From assembly GCA_050084985.1 (NCBI GenBank), contig JBITNC010000001.1, forward strand, positions 149,544,001 through 149,608,000: a stretch of DNA of 64,000 nt, read 5' to 3'. Both the position numbers and the translations under genes were made by a program. The first letter of the stretch is position 1. Every line of letters begins with the position of its first letter. A model generated the notes under the pieces. The model was not told the origin of the DNA and made no database searches. It was given only the letters and a program-made list of their open reading frames with translations. This document shows, one piece after another, positions 24,301 to 39,184 of this stretch. Source of the DNA: Nageia nagi (taxonomy: Eukaryota; Plantae; Pinophyta).

Positions 24301-24612
24301 TTCACGGTGAAAGTGAAAAACACTTGGATGAATGAATAAATCATGTGAAATCTACGAAGAAAAGCTTGAATTTGCGGTGAAACTCTTCAAATTGTTGGAG
24401 AACCTTCAATTCCTCCACAAACAAACTTACAGAGTAAAAGGGAGGGCAACCAAACCAAAGCATTTTAAAGGTTTGGATTGTGTTTTTTATCTTCTTTTTT
24501 TTATCATGATTTTCAATTTTGTTTGGGTAGTAGCTGGGTTTATCGTGAGTACCAACAAGTTCCCTGGCAAGTTTCATGGGAATTGTGCAAATCACGGTTT
24601 CTTCCAATATAC
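21373..24612 (-). mobile_element. hAT DNA transposon, decayed transposase (BED finger, DUF659, dimerisation domain)
   Basis: SDGWT, FLNSIDAS, VVQVMTNNA, CTAHCIDL, PMSYLYEAMD and WW..LSQP..IHSKKCNRL motifs on minus strand. Degenerate TIR catagttggaa with possible 8-bp TSD ATATATAT (low complexity, so ends less certain). Confidence 0.85.
22921..23129. mobile_element. 209-bp hAT-type MITE inserted in the hAT transposase
   Basis: 8-bp TSD GTAATTGT at 22913-22920 and 23130-23137. TIR catagttgatt / aattaaccatg. Internal CCGAAT repeats. Confidence 0.88.
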
Positions 24613-27600
24613 ATATATATTGAAGGGGTTAGAAACTTAGAGCAAAAATTTTGCAACAAGTTAATTATTACCAAAATTTCAATTATCTATCTATCTATCT
24701 ATATCAATTCCATTGTTGGAAATGAAGCTTTTTTAATTTGCTCAAGACACTAGCCCAAATATGATCCAAGGGGTAAGAAACTCACAGAAAAACTGACTTG
24801 CATATAATAATGAATTCAAATATTTGGGCCTATTGTCTTGAGAAGATCAAAAAGCTTCATTTCTAACAATGGAATTGCATGTTATATGTCTATCAATGAC
24901 AATATGTAGATTGCCATATTTTTGTCATAAATTATCCATTATTTGTGACTTCTTCACTCTTCAATTTATCGAGTCTCAGACATTCAAAATATGCCTTTTT
25001 CCAACAATTGATGGGCATATCAATAGACCCATATACTACAAGCTTCACTGCTGCTTAACTTGCCAAATACGAACATAGAGCTTTCCAGATTTCTCTCAGT
25101 ATAAAAAAAGTACCAAATTCTTGCCTTAATAAAGGGAATAAAAACACTCTTGCTATCACCACCCGAGTGCAAATTTGAGTCACAAAGTAGACAAAATTCA
25201 ATACTTAAATATTTATGAAGCTCAATACTTGATCTCTCTCACATGTTGGGTAACGATTGTGAAAAGGTGGCTGATTCATTAAATGATAAGAGGATAAATT
25301 AGGAGAGACAAACACTAACTTTGGAGTTGCCTCCAAACTAGTTACCCTTCTAAATTGGACCCTCCTCCAAGATAGCTGGGCTTTCTCAAGTAGAAGCCGC
25401 TTTCAACTTAGCTATGCATTCCATATTGTAACTCTAAATAGGATGCAATTTGACAAACAAACCTTCGATTTGAACTCCAAGATTGGCCATTTTATTGACT
25501 AGAGAATTTTTAGTTCTTTTTATGTGGCTGAATTTTATTTCATCAAAAGTAGAGCAAGATTTAATATCTTGAAGGATGACTGAAGTCTCCAATTTCTAGA
25601 TTTGTTTCGATGAACATCCTCCATAATGATCACTGAGTCTCCTTCAGTCCATCATTTTTAAAAATTATTTTCTGGACATTTTTCCAACATTTCCATAATG
25701 CCAGAGCCTGTGTCTTAGTATTTGATTTGACTTCTAAATTTACTGCGTACTACTCAACTAACTTACCTTTATGATTCCTGTGACACCTCCGTCAGCTTTC
25801 CCTGGATTTAGCTTTTTAGCACCATCGAAGTTTAATTTTAGCCAACTCCATTCAGGTGCAGTCCACTTTGAAATTTTCATTCGAGGATAGGTCTTATTCC
25901 CCTTATTGGAGTACCAACTGATAAATTGATTCCAATTATCAATGTTTCAGGTTCTGAAGCTGGGATAGTCATATTTGACAAAGAGGATTTGAGTTCTTGA
26001 ATAGATGCTGATATTTTCCTCATCATCCAATTAATCCAATGTTTTGCTTTTGTTTTTGAAGATTCTCTTGTTTCTTTCCAACCATATTGTTCAGCATATG
26101 ATGTGTTTACCAATCTTTCATATATCTAGAAGACCTTGAGATATAAATCCCTTTTCCAATTGTTGGAGCCAATCAGGATTGCTGCCATTAATAGTTAATA
26201 CTTACATGAAGTTCCCAAGAAGCCTTTGCGAAATCTGCCAACGGATGATGCAGGTACCCTTGAGGTGGTCAACTATTTCATTCTCTTAGTTGCAAAGCAG
26301 ACATAGCTCTTGACCTTCAAAACCTCTTTTTGCATGTTATCCCAGGTTAGAATTTTCTAATGGGAGACTATACAGATGAATGGCTTTACTTTTGGAAGAC
26401 CCTTTTTGTTCCTAAACTTCTTTTAGAATTCTAATCAAGGATGATGGTCTTGAAGAAGTTTCCTATTTAATGCTACAATATATCTACCTGAAGAGTTTTG
26501 ATCCCAAGAAAGAGTGTCCTTCCCAAAATTAGGGATAAAATAGTATTCTATATTTTCTTTCCATTCCTTTTTGACCTGCTTGTCAGAGATGTAGGTGCAG
26601 AGTTTACTTCCATGAGCGTATACCTTTCTTAACTCATCAATGTAATCATTCACCATAGGCCCAAATTTGCCGTTAACTCTTTCCTTCTATGGTGTTTAAA
26701 GGGAATATCTTTCCAGGGGAATGCTATTCGCCCATACTTCTTTCTAGAAGGATAATTTCTCGTCATTCTCAATTTTCCATCTGAGTCCATGTCATATCTT
26801 TTTAATATTTTTTCTGATACCATTTAATATAGCAGATCCTATGGGAAATTGGCTAATAGTAAACAGGGATGTTCTATCATTGTTGTTCAAATACTTTGAG
26901 ACTAAAATTTGTGTCCATAGCCTTGAGGCCTCATAAATTCTTCATACCAGCTTGCTTATCAGAGCTTTTTTCATCAAGCTTAGAAATCTTAATCTAAGAC
27001 CTGCCTCTTTAGGTTCACGGATGAATTCCCAACTAATTAAATGAAGCATGTAATGTTCTTCTGTACCATAACTTAAGAAAGGTTTGCATGATCTTGATTA
27101 TAGATTTCTTAATAGCTTTAGGAAAAGGAATAACAGAAAAGTAATATAGAGGAATTGCTTGAAAAGTATTCTTTATTTGTTGGATTCTTATTGCCCATTT
27201 ACATTTCCAACCTTCAAGAGAATTTTGGAATCTCTTCAGAACATTGTTCCACAACTATTTTTTACCATTTCCTGTGAAGAGAGGGAGTCCAATGTAAGTT
27301 GATGGAAGATTTGCTTCTTCAATTCCAAGAGTTCTACAGATTCAATCTTTCGTTTGGGTTTAGGAATTGATTAAGTAAATTCTTGATTTGTCTGTATTGA
27401 CCATCTGATCTGAACTGCTTTCATAATTGCTTAGGATTTTATTTATTATTCTTGCTTTTGCAATCTCTGCTTTAGTCATGAGGAGAATATCATCAGCTAA
27501 TTTTGATGGGAGATTTCTTCCACCTATGGGCAGATATTGATACCTGACAATGTTTGGTCCATTTTAATATTTTTTCAGGGATCTTTGTAAGGTTTCAACT

Positions 27601-29339
27601 TTCAACCATGATTATGAAGAGATAAGGGGATATGGAATCCCTTTCTCTCAACCCCTATTTAGCTTGAGAAGATTCAGTTATGGTGCCATTTGCTAGGATT
27701 CCAATACAAGCCTCAGCCCATTTTATCCATCTACTTCCAAACCCAAATTGCTTCATTACTTCTAAAAGGAAATGCCATCTTACTTTGTCATATGCCTTGT
27801 TCATGCCAAGTTTGAGGAATGTGGCATTTTCTTTATCAATGTGAGAGGAGTGCACTGCTTCATGTGTTACAAAGATACCATCAAGAATTTGTCTACCTTC
27901 GATAGAGCCTCCTTGATCATCTCAAATATGTTTAGGCAGACTATCTTTAAGATGATTAACCATGATTTTATAAATTATCTTATAAGCCATATGGCAGAGA
28001 TTGATTGGCCTATATTCATCAGAAAGGTTGGCATCTGCCATCTTGGGGACTAGGGTGATGAGGGTCTGATTGACTTTCTTGGGAATGAACTGCTGGGATT
28101 TAGATTGATCAACAGCCACTAAGAGAGTATCCTTCATTGTTTCCCAATGAGTCTGATAGAATGCAACAGTAAAACCATCAGGACAGGGGGCTGTCTTTTT
28201 TGAATGAGAATACAACATTTTTAATGTCTGCAAGAAACACCAATGCCATTAGGGATATTCTATCATCCCTTGAATGTGAGGAAGGATGACATGAAGTAAT
28301 TCAGAATCCAAAGGGGAAGGGTTATCTGATCCAAGAAGATTGCTGATGAAGGAAAAAGCATTCTTGATAATAATCATCAAGATCATTTAGACAACTTGAT
28401 TCTATGAATCCTACTAGCTAATTTGTTTGCTATAACAGATCTGTGAAAGAATTTTTTATTTCTATCTCCCACTTTTAGCCAAATTTGGCTAGATTTTTAT
28501 TTCCCATGGATTTCTTCCATGCTGAGAATGTTCTGATATTAAGAAATTACTTCTTTTTCCTCCATTTCAATTCCTTCATTATCTATGTTACCATTTCTTA
28601 TCTGCTGGAGATTTTTTCAGTTTGTTCTTGACTTCCTTTTTACATTGAAAGATGTTTCCACGATGATTCCAGTTTCGTTCTTTTATGATCTTTTTGTGTT
28701 ATGTATGACGTTGTACAACTACATATTATTGATTCTTGAGAAGGTTAAATTGGTCTAACCTTTTATTACATCCTTGAAATCTTTCCTACAGTCCCACATT
28801 TTATTATTTATTTAAAGTATTAATTTCGTTTAAATTTTGGAAGGTTGATTTTGATTGTTCAATGGTCTGTGCAAATTTGAGGAAGGGTACTTACTGATTC
28901 ATTCACACCAAGTTCAAACTAGTTTCCTGATAACAGGAATCTATTCAACATTTTTGCAATAGTTGTTCCCACCTCTGTTGTTTGTCCAAGTGTACATGTT
29001 AGATTCAAACTTAACATTTCAAAGTTGCATTGATTGGATAAACTCTAGGAAATTGTTCATGCTTTTTGACATCAAATTAAATTAACCGAATTTCTCAGCA
29101 GGTATTTTAACAGAGTTGAAATCCCCTGTTATAGGTTTGTCTTGGTAGTTAACCTTATCGATAATATATCTGCTAATGTCTATCCAAAGTTTGGATTTGG
29201 CAGTTCTAGTTTAAGGTCTTGTAGTCAATTTAAATCTCTTTGTAGTGATTTGAACTCTTCCAATGCAAATAGGAGTTCCCCTTCCAAATAAATGGGCTTC
29301 TATGATTAAAGTCAAGTCTTGGACTTGTTTCTTCATTGT

Positions 29340-30400
29340 AATGACGTCATTTGCCCTAAAAACACGGCTGTTTTCAATCAAAAGAAATCCAATGGTCCAG
29401 AACATCGAAAAGAGATAAAGCTTTTCAAAGAATATTGGATTTTTTGATAATGAAGCTGATGTCACAAAGAGATCAAAAGAAATCTAACAGTTCAGAATAT
29501 CTAAAAGAGATCACAATTTTGAAAGAAGGCCAAAGTTTGAAGAGGAATAAATCCAGGTATTCTTTGATTCTTTCAAATTGGGTTCTCAATTTAATCAGCA
29601 AAAATCCTTGGGAAGCACAAAAATGTAGTCAATAGGAGATTATTTTAGTGATTTTGAGCACCTTCAGTCCAACTAAATAATCTTCTATGAGTAAGCCAAG
29701 TCCTGGATTTACTTTTTATAATGACATATCTGCCCCAAAAGGCATGATTCCCATTTGATCAAAAGAAATCCAATGGTCTGGAACATCAAACTTTTCAAAC
29801 AAGGCCTACGTTTTTATAAAAGAATTCGACATTACCTTGTCTAAAAGTCATAGTTGTCGTTCAATAAAAAAAGATCTATGATCTAGAACATCAAAAGGAG
29901 ATGAATCTTTTAAAAAAAGTTCACAGTTTTTGTAAAACAAACTGAAGTCATCTGCTCCAAAAGTCATGTCTTCCATTTGATTAAAAACAATCTAATGGTC
30001 AGAAACATTAGATAAATCTTTCCATAGAAGGTCGAAGTTTTGTAAAAGAAGCTGATGTCACTCACTCCAAAAGTCATGATTGTTGTCCAATCATAAGAAA
30101 TTTACTGTTAGACAACAGGATATTGCAATTTTGAGGGTTTAGAACATCAGAAGTAGATAAAGCTTTTCAAAGAAGGTCAGAGCTTTTATGAAAGAAGCTA
30201 ACATCACCTGCTTCAAAAGTTACAGTTGTTTTTCAATCAAAAGATATCAAGTGGTCTGGAACATAAAAAAGAGATAAAGCTGTTCAAAGAAGGCTGGAGT
30301 ATTTATTAAATATATTGACATTACCCACTCCAAAAGTCACTGTTGTTGTTTGATAAGTGAGATCCAACATCTAAGGTACTGGAAATATATCTTTCACTTG
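29340..30400. repeat. Degenerate tandem array, ~115-125-bp unit, about 8 copies
   Basis: Recurrent aaagaaatccaatggtc(c/t)agaacatc...aaagcttttcaaagaagg...gaagctgatgtcac..ctccaaaagtca. Confidence 0.75.
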
Positions 30401-31440
30401 GGATATGGACAACACACAGAAAGCCAATAGTCAACAAACCAGAATGGGCAGGTAAGAGCACTCAACAAGTACAATTGCATTAGACAGATAATCAACAGGG
30501 AGGAAAGAGCACAAAATCAATCTTTGGTAATTTTCATGAATTTAGTTCCTTTTGCCATACATCTTACATGTATGATCAATAAGAATTCTCTTTTTTTCAA
30601 CACTAGTACAATCATTCCTTCCTTGTAGGGGATATGATCCATTCCAAAGGAGCGCCATAAGCTTTGTTTGATAGCCATCTTTAATGTTTGCATGGGTTTC
30701 CTTGGCTTTCATTATAGAGGAAGGGGATTTTCCACATTTACTTTTACTAGATTTTAGGCATTGCTTGGATTCCTCTGTTCCTTAACATTCTAAGAGCTTC
30801 AGAAATACCATCTTTAGGAGAGGACTATGTTTTGGTTCTTCCTTAGACTCAATAGTACAAAGTACTGTTTCATCCACTTTCTTATTCTTGCGTATTTTAC
30901 TTTTTCCTTTTGAAGCCTGAATTGCCCCAAACTAGACTGGAAAAATTGGAACAGGGGTGCTGATAGCTATTGAGGGGAACTTTTGACCATCTTCTTTTTG
31001 AATTCAAGGCACATTGTTCTTCACAAGGGCCTCAAAACTATTTTTATCTATGCTGCTATTGTTTAGTTATTTTATTGGATTTAACACACCCCATCTCCAT
31101 CAGAGTCGGATCTTTTGCCTGCCTTTTTAGATACCATTAGAAAGTTCTCAGCAGGACTGATATCCAGCCAGTTACACATGAGATTTACTGGCTTATGACA
31201 ATTTCTACTTATGAATGCCAAATTTTCATAGTTCAAAGGTTGGGGCTGAGTTTTTTCACCATATTTCAATGTTATATATTTTTGCAAAGGATTTTTCAAT
31301 ATCGATAATAGTGCAGAGCTGAGCATAGATTGCTAGTTCTCCTTCTATGGATTTGGAGAGCTTGAAAAAACTCTCCAACCAAATCAGCAATTGATTTGAA
31401 GATGTTTACATCTCAAAACTTGTCCGGAAGAAAGAAAGTA

Positions 31441-34400
31441 TATTAATGTCCTCGGGTGACCGAAAGCAGTCAATGGGACTAGTAAGTACAATCATGATCG
31501 TGAAACTAACAAGGCCCCTACTAGGCATCATCTAAAAAAAGCATAAAAATGAAGACATAAACAAATACATCTGTACAAAATATCCAAATCCTAAAGAGAG
31601 GGAGGAACAAGATAGTATTCCACAAGAAGAAGGTCGTCTTGGACCTCTCCAAGAGGGAAGTAGGTTGTGATCTCTGCCCTAGGGAGGGATCATGTTGGTC
31701 CTTGGGGGATGTGTTTGTGGTATTGCTGCTGGAAGAGAAGAAGGATGCAATTTTTCAAGTCTTTAACGGAACTTGGGTGCCCTAGATACGTCTCTTGGTT
31801 CGATGTAGAGGGAGTGGTTGCTCGTCCTGACATCTCCTAAGAGCCCCTTCAAGAGAAGAGGCTTGAAAGAAGGATGTAATGTACGTCGGTCCTTTGTCGG
31901 CTATTGTACATGAGCTAGAAGGTGCCTCCGAAGAAGGAAGGCCTCTTGGAAGTATAGAGCCAAGAAATGTTGAGTTGGGTACTGAAGAAATGTAGCTAAA
32001 GAATTGTGAGAATCTTGGAAGAGGTAATGGTATCGACCATGGATCTCGTAGTAGATCGAGCACGAGAAGTCAAAGTGTTCTTCAAACTTCGTCTCAAGAG
32101 AGCAAAGGCGGCAAACTCATAGATCCTGGGCTATGTGGTGGTCAGTCTCAACCCTTAACTGGTACTCAAAACTGTCCAAGGTGCATCCTCAATCCAAGAG
32201 GGAGATGTATGTTGATGTAGAAAGGTGGGGAGATCAATCCTTTCTCAGTCTAAAGATAATGTTGTGCATAGTGATCCAACTTGATCGTCAATGGTTGTGG
32301 TGGAGAAACCCAAGTGGACTGGATGAAGGCCCTATAGATCCTCTCTCAAATCATTAAAGTAGAATCTTAAGTGGAATTTGCTGAGGTCTAATCATCTAAC
32401 AGTGAAGACAATCTATCTAGAGAAAAACCAAATCTCTACAGCATCTTGGTAACCTCAACAAACCAACATCAACGATAACCTTGGGCGGCTAGATTGATTG
32501 AGGAAGCTAAAGCTTTTGCAAGAAGTCTAGCCCTATCGCCCTTGCGATCGGATAGACTTTGGAGTCGATGGAGGAAGAGGACTATGGAGGTAATGGCCCA
32601 CACCTGAAGAGGCTGACAACCAAACTTTGCAAGTATCATAAGGTATGGAACTATCCTCTTACTTCAGATGGCACGAAACAAAAAGGAGATCAAGATCCTC
32701 TCTATCATGGTCCAATTTGCTATACCTAGGCAAAGAACCCCATACAAAACTGTGGGTATGACCATGGATTGGAATAGCTCTAGCTTGGACGGAATGTCCT
32801 AAAAGTGTAATTGAATGCACTCCTTCTCTAGGGTGGATATTGCCATATAACCTTGATCGACTCTAGGTGGGGTGGTTGTCCTCATAGAGAACCTAGGACC
32901 TAAAAGAGCACTCCCAAGTATGTATAGGAGGAGGTGGTCTCGATGGTATTATCATGGAAGGTGATTTGGGTCCAATCCAATGTGGCTCTCAACACATTGA
33001 AGGCCACTACCTTAGTCATGCTAAGGTTCACCACAAGCTCCTGTATAGCACTGAAAGCATCTAAGGTATCTATTCCAAGCCTTGTAGACCCTTGACTGAG
33101 TGAGAAAGTAAAACAATGTCATCAAAAAAGAGTTGAATGGACATTGGGATACCATGAAGGAGGCAACCTAATTGAGGACCAATGTTCTCTATGATAAAGG
33201 ACTCCATCTTGTCAATATAAAGGCCAAATAGAGTTGGGGAGAGAGGTAAACCCTGCTTCACCCTAATCGTGCTAAGAAAATTGTCCAAGAGTCCCTCAAA
33301 AGTAGGAACACGATTTGAAAGAGTCTCATAGAAGGTCAATATGGCTAAGCATTTGGTCTTCGACACTCTAAGTCGTCGACATCAGTCCATGAGCTTGTGC
33401 TGGGGTACAATGTTGAAGGCCTTTTTGAAGTCTACAAAACCACAAAAGATTGGTGACTTTCGGATTCTAGCCTCCTCAATAATCGCCCTGAGAGTAAAAA
33501 TATGATCAATGGTGTGGTAGTCTCTATGAAAGCCTACTTGGCCTCCCACTCGAAACCCTTTAGTGTCTGCCATTTGTGAAATGTATTCCTCAATGATAGT
33601 TGCGTATAGCTTGGCCAAGTTGTGGCCAATCATGATGGTGTGGTAATTGCTCGGTTTGTCGAGATCATCGGATTTGAAGATGGGGTGGATGATGTTGGAG
33701 GTCCAAGAAGATGGAAAACCTAGGCAGATAACATTGTTGAAGAGCGTCGAGAGGAAGGGGGAGGGTAAATTTGGCATGCTTGAGGAACTTAGCTTGGAGG
33801 TTTTCAATGTCAAGAGCTTTTCTTGAGTTAAATCTCTGAATGGCAGAATAGATGAGAAGAGAGAGAATAAGTCCGAAGTGTGAGGTTGGGAGAAACAAAT
33901 GGGTGGGGCATGTTCAATGATAGTGTAGAGGCTAGAGGCATACTCCTTCCAAGAATGAAGAGAGATGGAACTTCTAATGTGTTTCTTGGGTAGGAAGGAG
34001 CACCAAAAAGATTTAGGATTGGAGTGGAGGGAAGAAATAACCTCTAATCTCCTTTTGGCTAGGAAGTGACATATCTTAGTCCTAAGGAGACAATGGTAAG
34101 AGCAGTGGAGGAGGTGGTGGAGGACTTGGGGTCTAATGCAATGGATCGTCGAAGGTGGCAGTGGGAATCCTTATAGTTGGAATCGAACTAGATGTTCATC
34201 GGATAGTGACCTGGTGGACGAAAGTGGGGAGGGGGGCTAATTTTGTGCGAGAAGCAAAGAATAAAAATACGATCTTTTGTAAATACAGCTTCGGGCCAAA
34301 TATGTAAAAACAACAACAAAATGGTCAAAGTATGATGAATATGGAAAAAATTGTAGATTTTAAAATTTGTAAATATGGAAAATTCGACAAAAAATCAGAA

Positions 34401-37400
34401 AAAAATGATAAAGAAATGGAAAATACGGGAAAAAGTTTGTGGCAAAAAAACTAAAAATTCAGCAAAAAAATGGACAAAAGACGGGAAAAGGACGACATAT
34501 TTAGGAAAAATACGTGGTGCATTAAAAAATTAAAAAAACATGCAATTTTTTAATATTTTTCTATAGAATATGCTTATCTAATTGCCATAAATATGAATAA
34601 ATCATTCCCATAAACGACCATATCATTTACCAAAACATTCATGACATAAAATTTAAAGAAAATGATAGTAGATTTTAATTCATGTTCATAAATCATAACA
34701 TCGATATACGAAAATAAAAGTCATCTACAAAATCTATGTCAGATGAAGATGTTTGCTCATAAAATCATTAGTGTACTACGACTATCTCATACATTCATAA
34801 TGCCACTAAGTGTTGCCAACAAAGTACAAATAATACTAAATAACTAAATACAATGTCTCATGAGTCATGACTTATCAATGTGTGCAATTCGGGGTTCTAG
34901 CCCCTTTACTAATCAATCGACCGCCACTACCACCACCAACACCACATGCTCCACTAATAGGTGTAGTATGAGACTGAGAATGTGCTCTCATATAGGTAGG
35001 AGCACTACGAGGAGGCAATCCTAAACTAGTAGAACCACCACCAACACTCTTGTGGGGCCTCTGCCTCTGTCTTTGGTACCGAACAAGTGGCTCATCATCC
35101 TCAGGCTTACTCTCAATGTCTGGATAAACTTGATGCTCATAAATCTGTTGAGATCTAACACCATGATCAAACTCCACAACAAGAGGAAATGGATCAAAAC
35201 GTTGAGGCTCCTTCTCCTCCTCTGCCGCATGCTTCTCCTCCTTGCCCTCATCTACATGCTCATCTATCTCTTGCTCCATGTCTAGCCATTCTTCTCAAAA
35301 TGCTTCGTGTAACTTCGCCTTTGGATCTGCCACTACATCCATTGAAGGTGCATCACTATAAAAAAGCAAAAAAAAAGTCAACAGTTATAGGACCTATCAA
35401 GAGTTTTTAAATATCACATGTAGGGGTTGGGAGTAGAACAAAGAAGTGAACCTAAATGAGGGATCAATGGCAGACAAGTTAATGGACTCATCCTCATCCT
35501 TCTTTTGCAGTCACCTCACATACAATCGCAGGTTGACATAAATGTACACAATATCATTCAAGCGTTGGGTTGTCAACCTAATAACATAAACAAAATTTCG
35601 TCCTAATGAGAACTGAGAAGTAAGAAGTGTCCATTGAATTTTGAAAGTTGAAAGGAATCAAAATTGAAATGAACCAAATTGCTAACTTGTTGCGCTTCTT
35701 GGAGTGAATTTTTTCAAATGCATTCCATTTGCGCTTGCATCCTTAAGTGCTACATGTTTGACTAAGGATGTGGATGACAAATCTTTGCAACTCAGGTGTT
35801 TCACCCCCAAAATTTGTCCACCACAACTCTAAAAAATTAAGTAACAAGGAAAAAATAGAAAATATTAAATATTTAAAGGCCTAAATGTATAAACTTATAA
35901 ATTTAAAATTATAAATATAAAGTTAAAACTTAAAGTTTTATACTATAAAAAAAATTGTAAATACGAATTTCGAACTTTTCTCACCTGGCGAGATCGTGAA
36001 ACGTGCCTCTAGCAGAGTGATAACCAAAGAGGCTTCTTGAGTGCTTGTATGACTCAAGCTCCTTGAAGATTTTGGATTTGAGTGGTGGGATCATGAACCA
36101 TACTAGCTATGCTTTTGTAAACCCCAAGTTAACATGAGAATCAGTCTTGTATTTAGAGTTTGGTGCAAAAAACAAGATAAGGTTCAAGATGGCCCTTGCT
36201 CCATGAATAAGGCGATACAATATATTCCACCATTGTTCATTAATGAAAGCCCAAAACTCTATGTGCTTGTTACCAAACTCATTATCCTCATCAAGGTGGT
36301 CAATATAATAATGCATTATGCCCTCCTTGGCCCTTGCCATGGCCTCATACAAATAGCCCATAGTGGGCCTATCACTATCAACCAGACAGAGGACTCGTAC
36401 AAGTGGTGTAGTCACACTACAAATCTCATTGAGCGTCATCCAAAATTCATCCTTGGATATTAAAGAAGACACTACTATGCCATCTGGCCTCGTGCTCATG
36501 GCGGTATCACTCCACTCTATAGAAACAAACATTGAACACAATTCATGCATGTTCTTGAATATCGACCGAAGACAAATGAAATTGGAGGCAAAATGTGTAA
36601 TTCCTGGGTGCAACAAGTCCCTACCGTTGGTGTACCTCCTCATCATGCTAAGAACGGTGGTTTTATTATAAATGTACCTGGTAAGATAAGATAAATCATA
36701 ACTTGTAAGTCTTTTAAGATAAGATAAATGTACCTCATGATTGTCCTTGCTTGGTTAACTCATCCAAGGCATTTTGCCTATGTCCTCCAGAAGAAGATAA
36801 ATGCAATGAAAAGCACATAGAGTCCAATACAAGGAGGGATAAATATTCATCAGCTTGTTACCTGCTGAAACATAACTATAAGAGTTGTCAGTGGCCATTT
36901 GGACAACGTGCGACCCCCCATCTTCACATACTGTTCTAATAAGTCACATAACAAGTTTGCATCTTTTTTTATTAGGTGCATCTATGGATTTCTTGAATAT
37001 TGTGCCATATTTGGAGTACACTAGAAAATTTATTAAGCTTCTAATCATATTATCCGACCATCCATCAGATAATATGGTGCAACTGATATCTTCAAAGATT
37101 CTTCAATGTTAGCCATTTTGAAAAAACTAAAATAAAACAACTAAATAAAAAAAATTATTTAAAAAACTACAAGTCTAAAGATATATTAAAAAAAATTAAT
37201 AATTGAAATTTAATGTGTACCTTTCGTGGACTTCTTGCTTGAGATCCCTCATGAGAGGCCCTTGCATTTCTGCATGAGTGAGCGCCACATACCAAGGCCC
37301 GATCGCAGCCATTACATCCATTGTTGGTTGCCAAAATACACTTCTGGTAATGTGGATCGAAACTCCTTCATAATAAATCAATTTGGCCAACATCAAATCA

Positions 37401-38785
37401 GTTTCTTTCTTCTCCTTCTTCAACATACTGATAATAGATGGTTGTGCTCTAGGAGTTGTCCATGGCTGAAAGTAGGAATAGATTCCAACCCCTCCACTTC
37501 TAATATGTTTACTTGCATTTGCAGCACTTGGACTTGAAAAAGTTGCACTTGCAGTATAAGAGCTCATCCCTCCTCGCTCCATTTGAACTGCTTGTCTCCT
37601 TTCTATTTTCTCTATAATAGAATACAAGGCTCTAATTGCATTCAAGGCAAGATTTGGACTTGCATTTGGGAAACTCTCTGCATCTGTCCTTGGTCTTCCA
37701 GAAAGATGCCCTTTGATCCTTGTAATGGTTCCCCAGATAGGCTTGTTACCAAGATTACAAAGAATCTGTCCAACTCCTTAGGGATTTTGCAAGTGAATAA
37801 ATAGAGCTCCCAAATTCGAACAACCAACAATGCTCCTGTCTTGCTCCCTTCACCTTTTCCCAAGCCTGCAAGTAACAAATGAGCTAAAAACCCCCTTTTC
37901 TTTTGCCTTTAAAATGCCTTTAGTTCATGTCCAACCGGAGCCCACATACTTGTGGTGTACTTGGTGTTTTTTTCCTATTTAAATGCAAAAAATGGAAAAT
38001 ATGGGCTCGTTGCCATTTTTTTCACGCTCTGCCCTTATCTATCGATGTCTTCAAGGCGTGTTTGGCATTTTAAGGCGTTTAAACATGTTTTTTCGATTTA
38101 AAAAATCATTATTACGAATATAAGGTTGAACTTAAATCCATGATTTTCATCTATGTTTTTTTGGCTTTTTGGCTTTTTTTTTTGCCTTTTTTGGGGGTTT
38201 ATACACGTTTTTAGCGTATTTCTGTGTTTGGACAAATTTACGTTTTTTGGCGTTTAAATGACCATATTTTGCTAGGAAAAAAATGATTTTTTCCCTTTTT
38301 TTTGGAGGAAAATAAGATTTTTTTCAAAAATGGTAAAAACAATGTTTTTGGTGTTTAAAGGACATTTTTTTATTCTATTGCGAGAAGGCTTGGAGGGTTG
38401 CTGAGCAATGAGGTGTGTGTGATCATCCGCAAGTGGCAGTCAGTGGGTGACTCGAAAGGAATGAAGGTGTGGGATGAGCGGAGGGTTGGAAAGGATGTAC
38501 TCCACAACATTAGAGCCTCCTGCGTAAGGGAAGTAGGTGTGGTGTTGGGACTGGGAGAACCGAGCAATCCCATTGAGAATCAGAAGATCATGGATCTCAC
38601 CAATCTTAAGAAGGAATCTGCCATAACTTGAGGGGAGTGTGAAATCTGCTGAATCTCTCTAAAATAGTAGAGGACCATCAAGTGCTTGGATATATAACAG
38701 ATCAATAGTGCTATCAAAGTATTGGGTCTGTAAATTCCTTGTCCTACCATTGAAATCATCCATCCATCAACATAATGGTAATCTC
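31441..38785 (-). mobile_element. RTE-clade non-LTR retrotransposon, decayed, split by a hAT
   Basis: RT motifs SNYHTIMIGHNLAKLY, GFHRDYHTIDHIFTLR, FVDFKKAF, VKQGLPLSPTLFGLYID, FFDDIVLL. C-terminal VCRLC..EEHF..C. 3' end shared with 51085-51127. Degenerate TSD tccggaagaaagaaag (31423-31438) / tctggaaagagaagaaag (38784-38801). Confidence 0.85.
34255..38379 (-). mobile_element. hAT DNA transposon with decayed, intron-containing transposase
   Basis: 8-bp TSD GCGAGAAG at 34247-34254 and 38380-38387. TIR caaagaataaaaa / tttttattctatt. SDGWSD, PGITHFASNF, PLVRVLCLVDSDRPTMGYLYEAM and IHSKKRN motifs. Confidence 0.92.
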
Positions 38786-39184
38786 TGGAAAGAGAAGAAA
38801 GATGAATCCACACAAGAATATTTGATAGATTTATAGTTTCAGGAATAAATGATTCGTGCTTTGGGTAAAGGAATAATCCTGCCTGTCCCATGAGCCAAGG
38901 GTTAGCCAGATTATGCAGTCTCATTCCTTCTTGAATGGAAGCTTGAAAGCAAAAAAAAACCTCTATCAAGGAATCTTTCAGAGGATGCACCGATATGTTT
39001 CTCTATTTGAAGTAAAATACTACTGAAATATGCCGCCATAGAATTTCACTACAAACTTGACATCAGCTAAATGTACAGCATGACTTTAATAACTGACCTG
39101 TCCTACAGAATCATATATTGGGCTATGCTTATGACATTGCCACTCAATAATGATCTTTGTAATGGGTCTCATACTGATTGAGCA

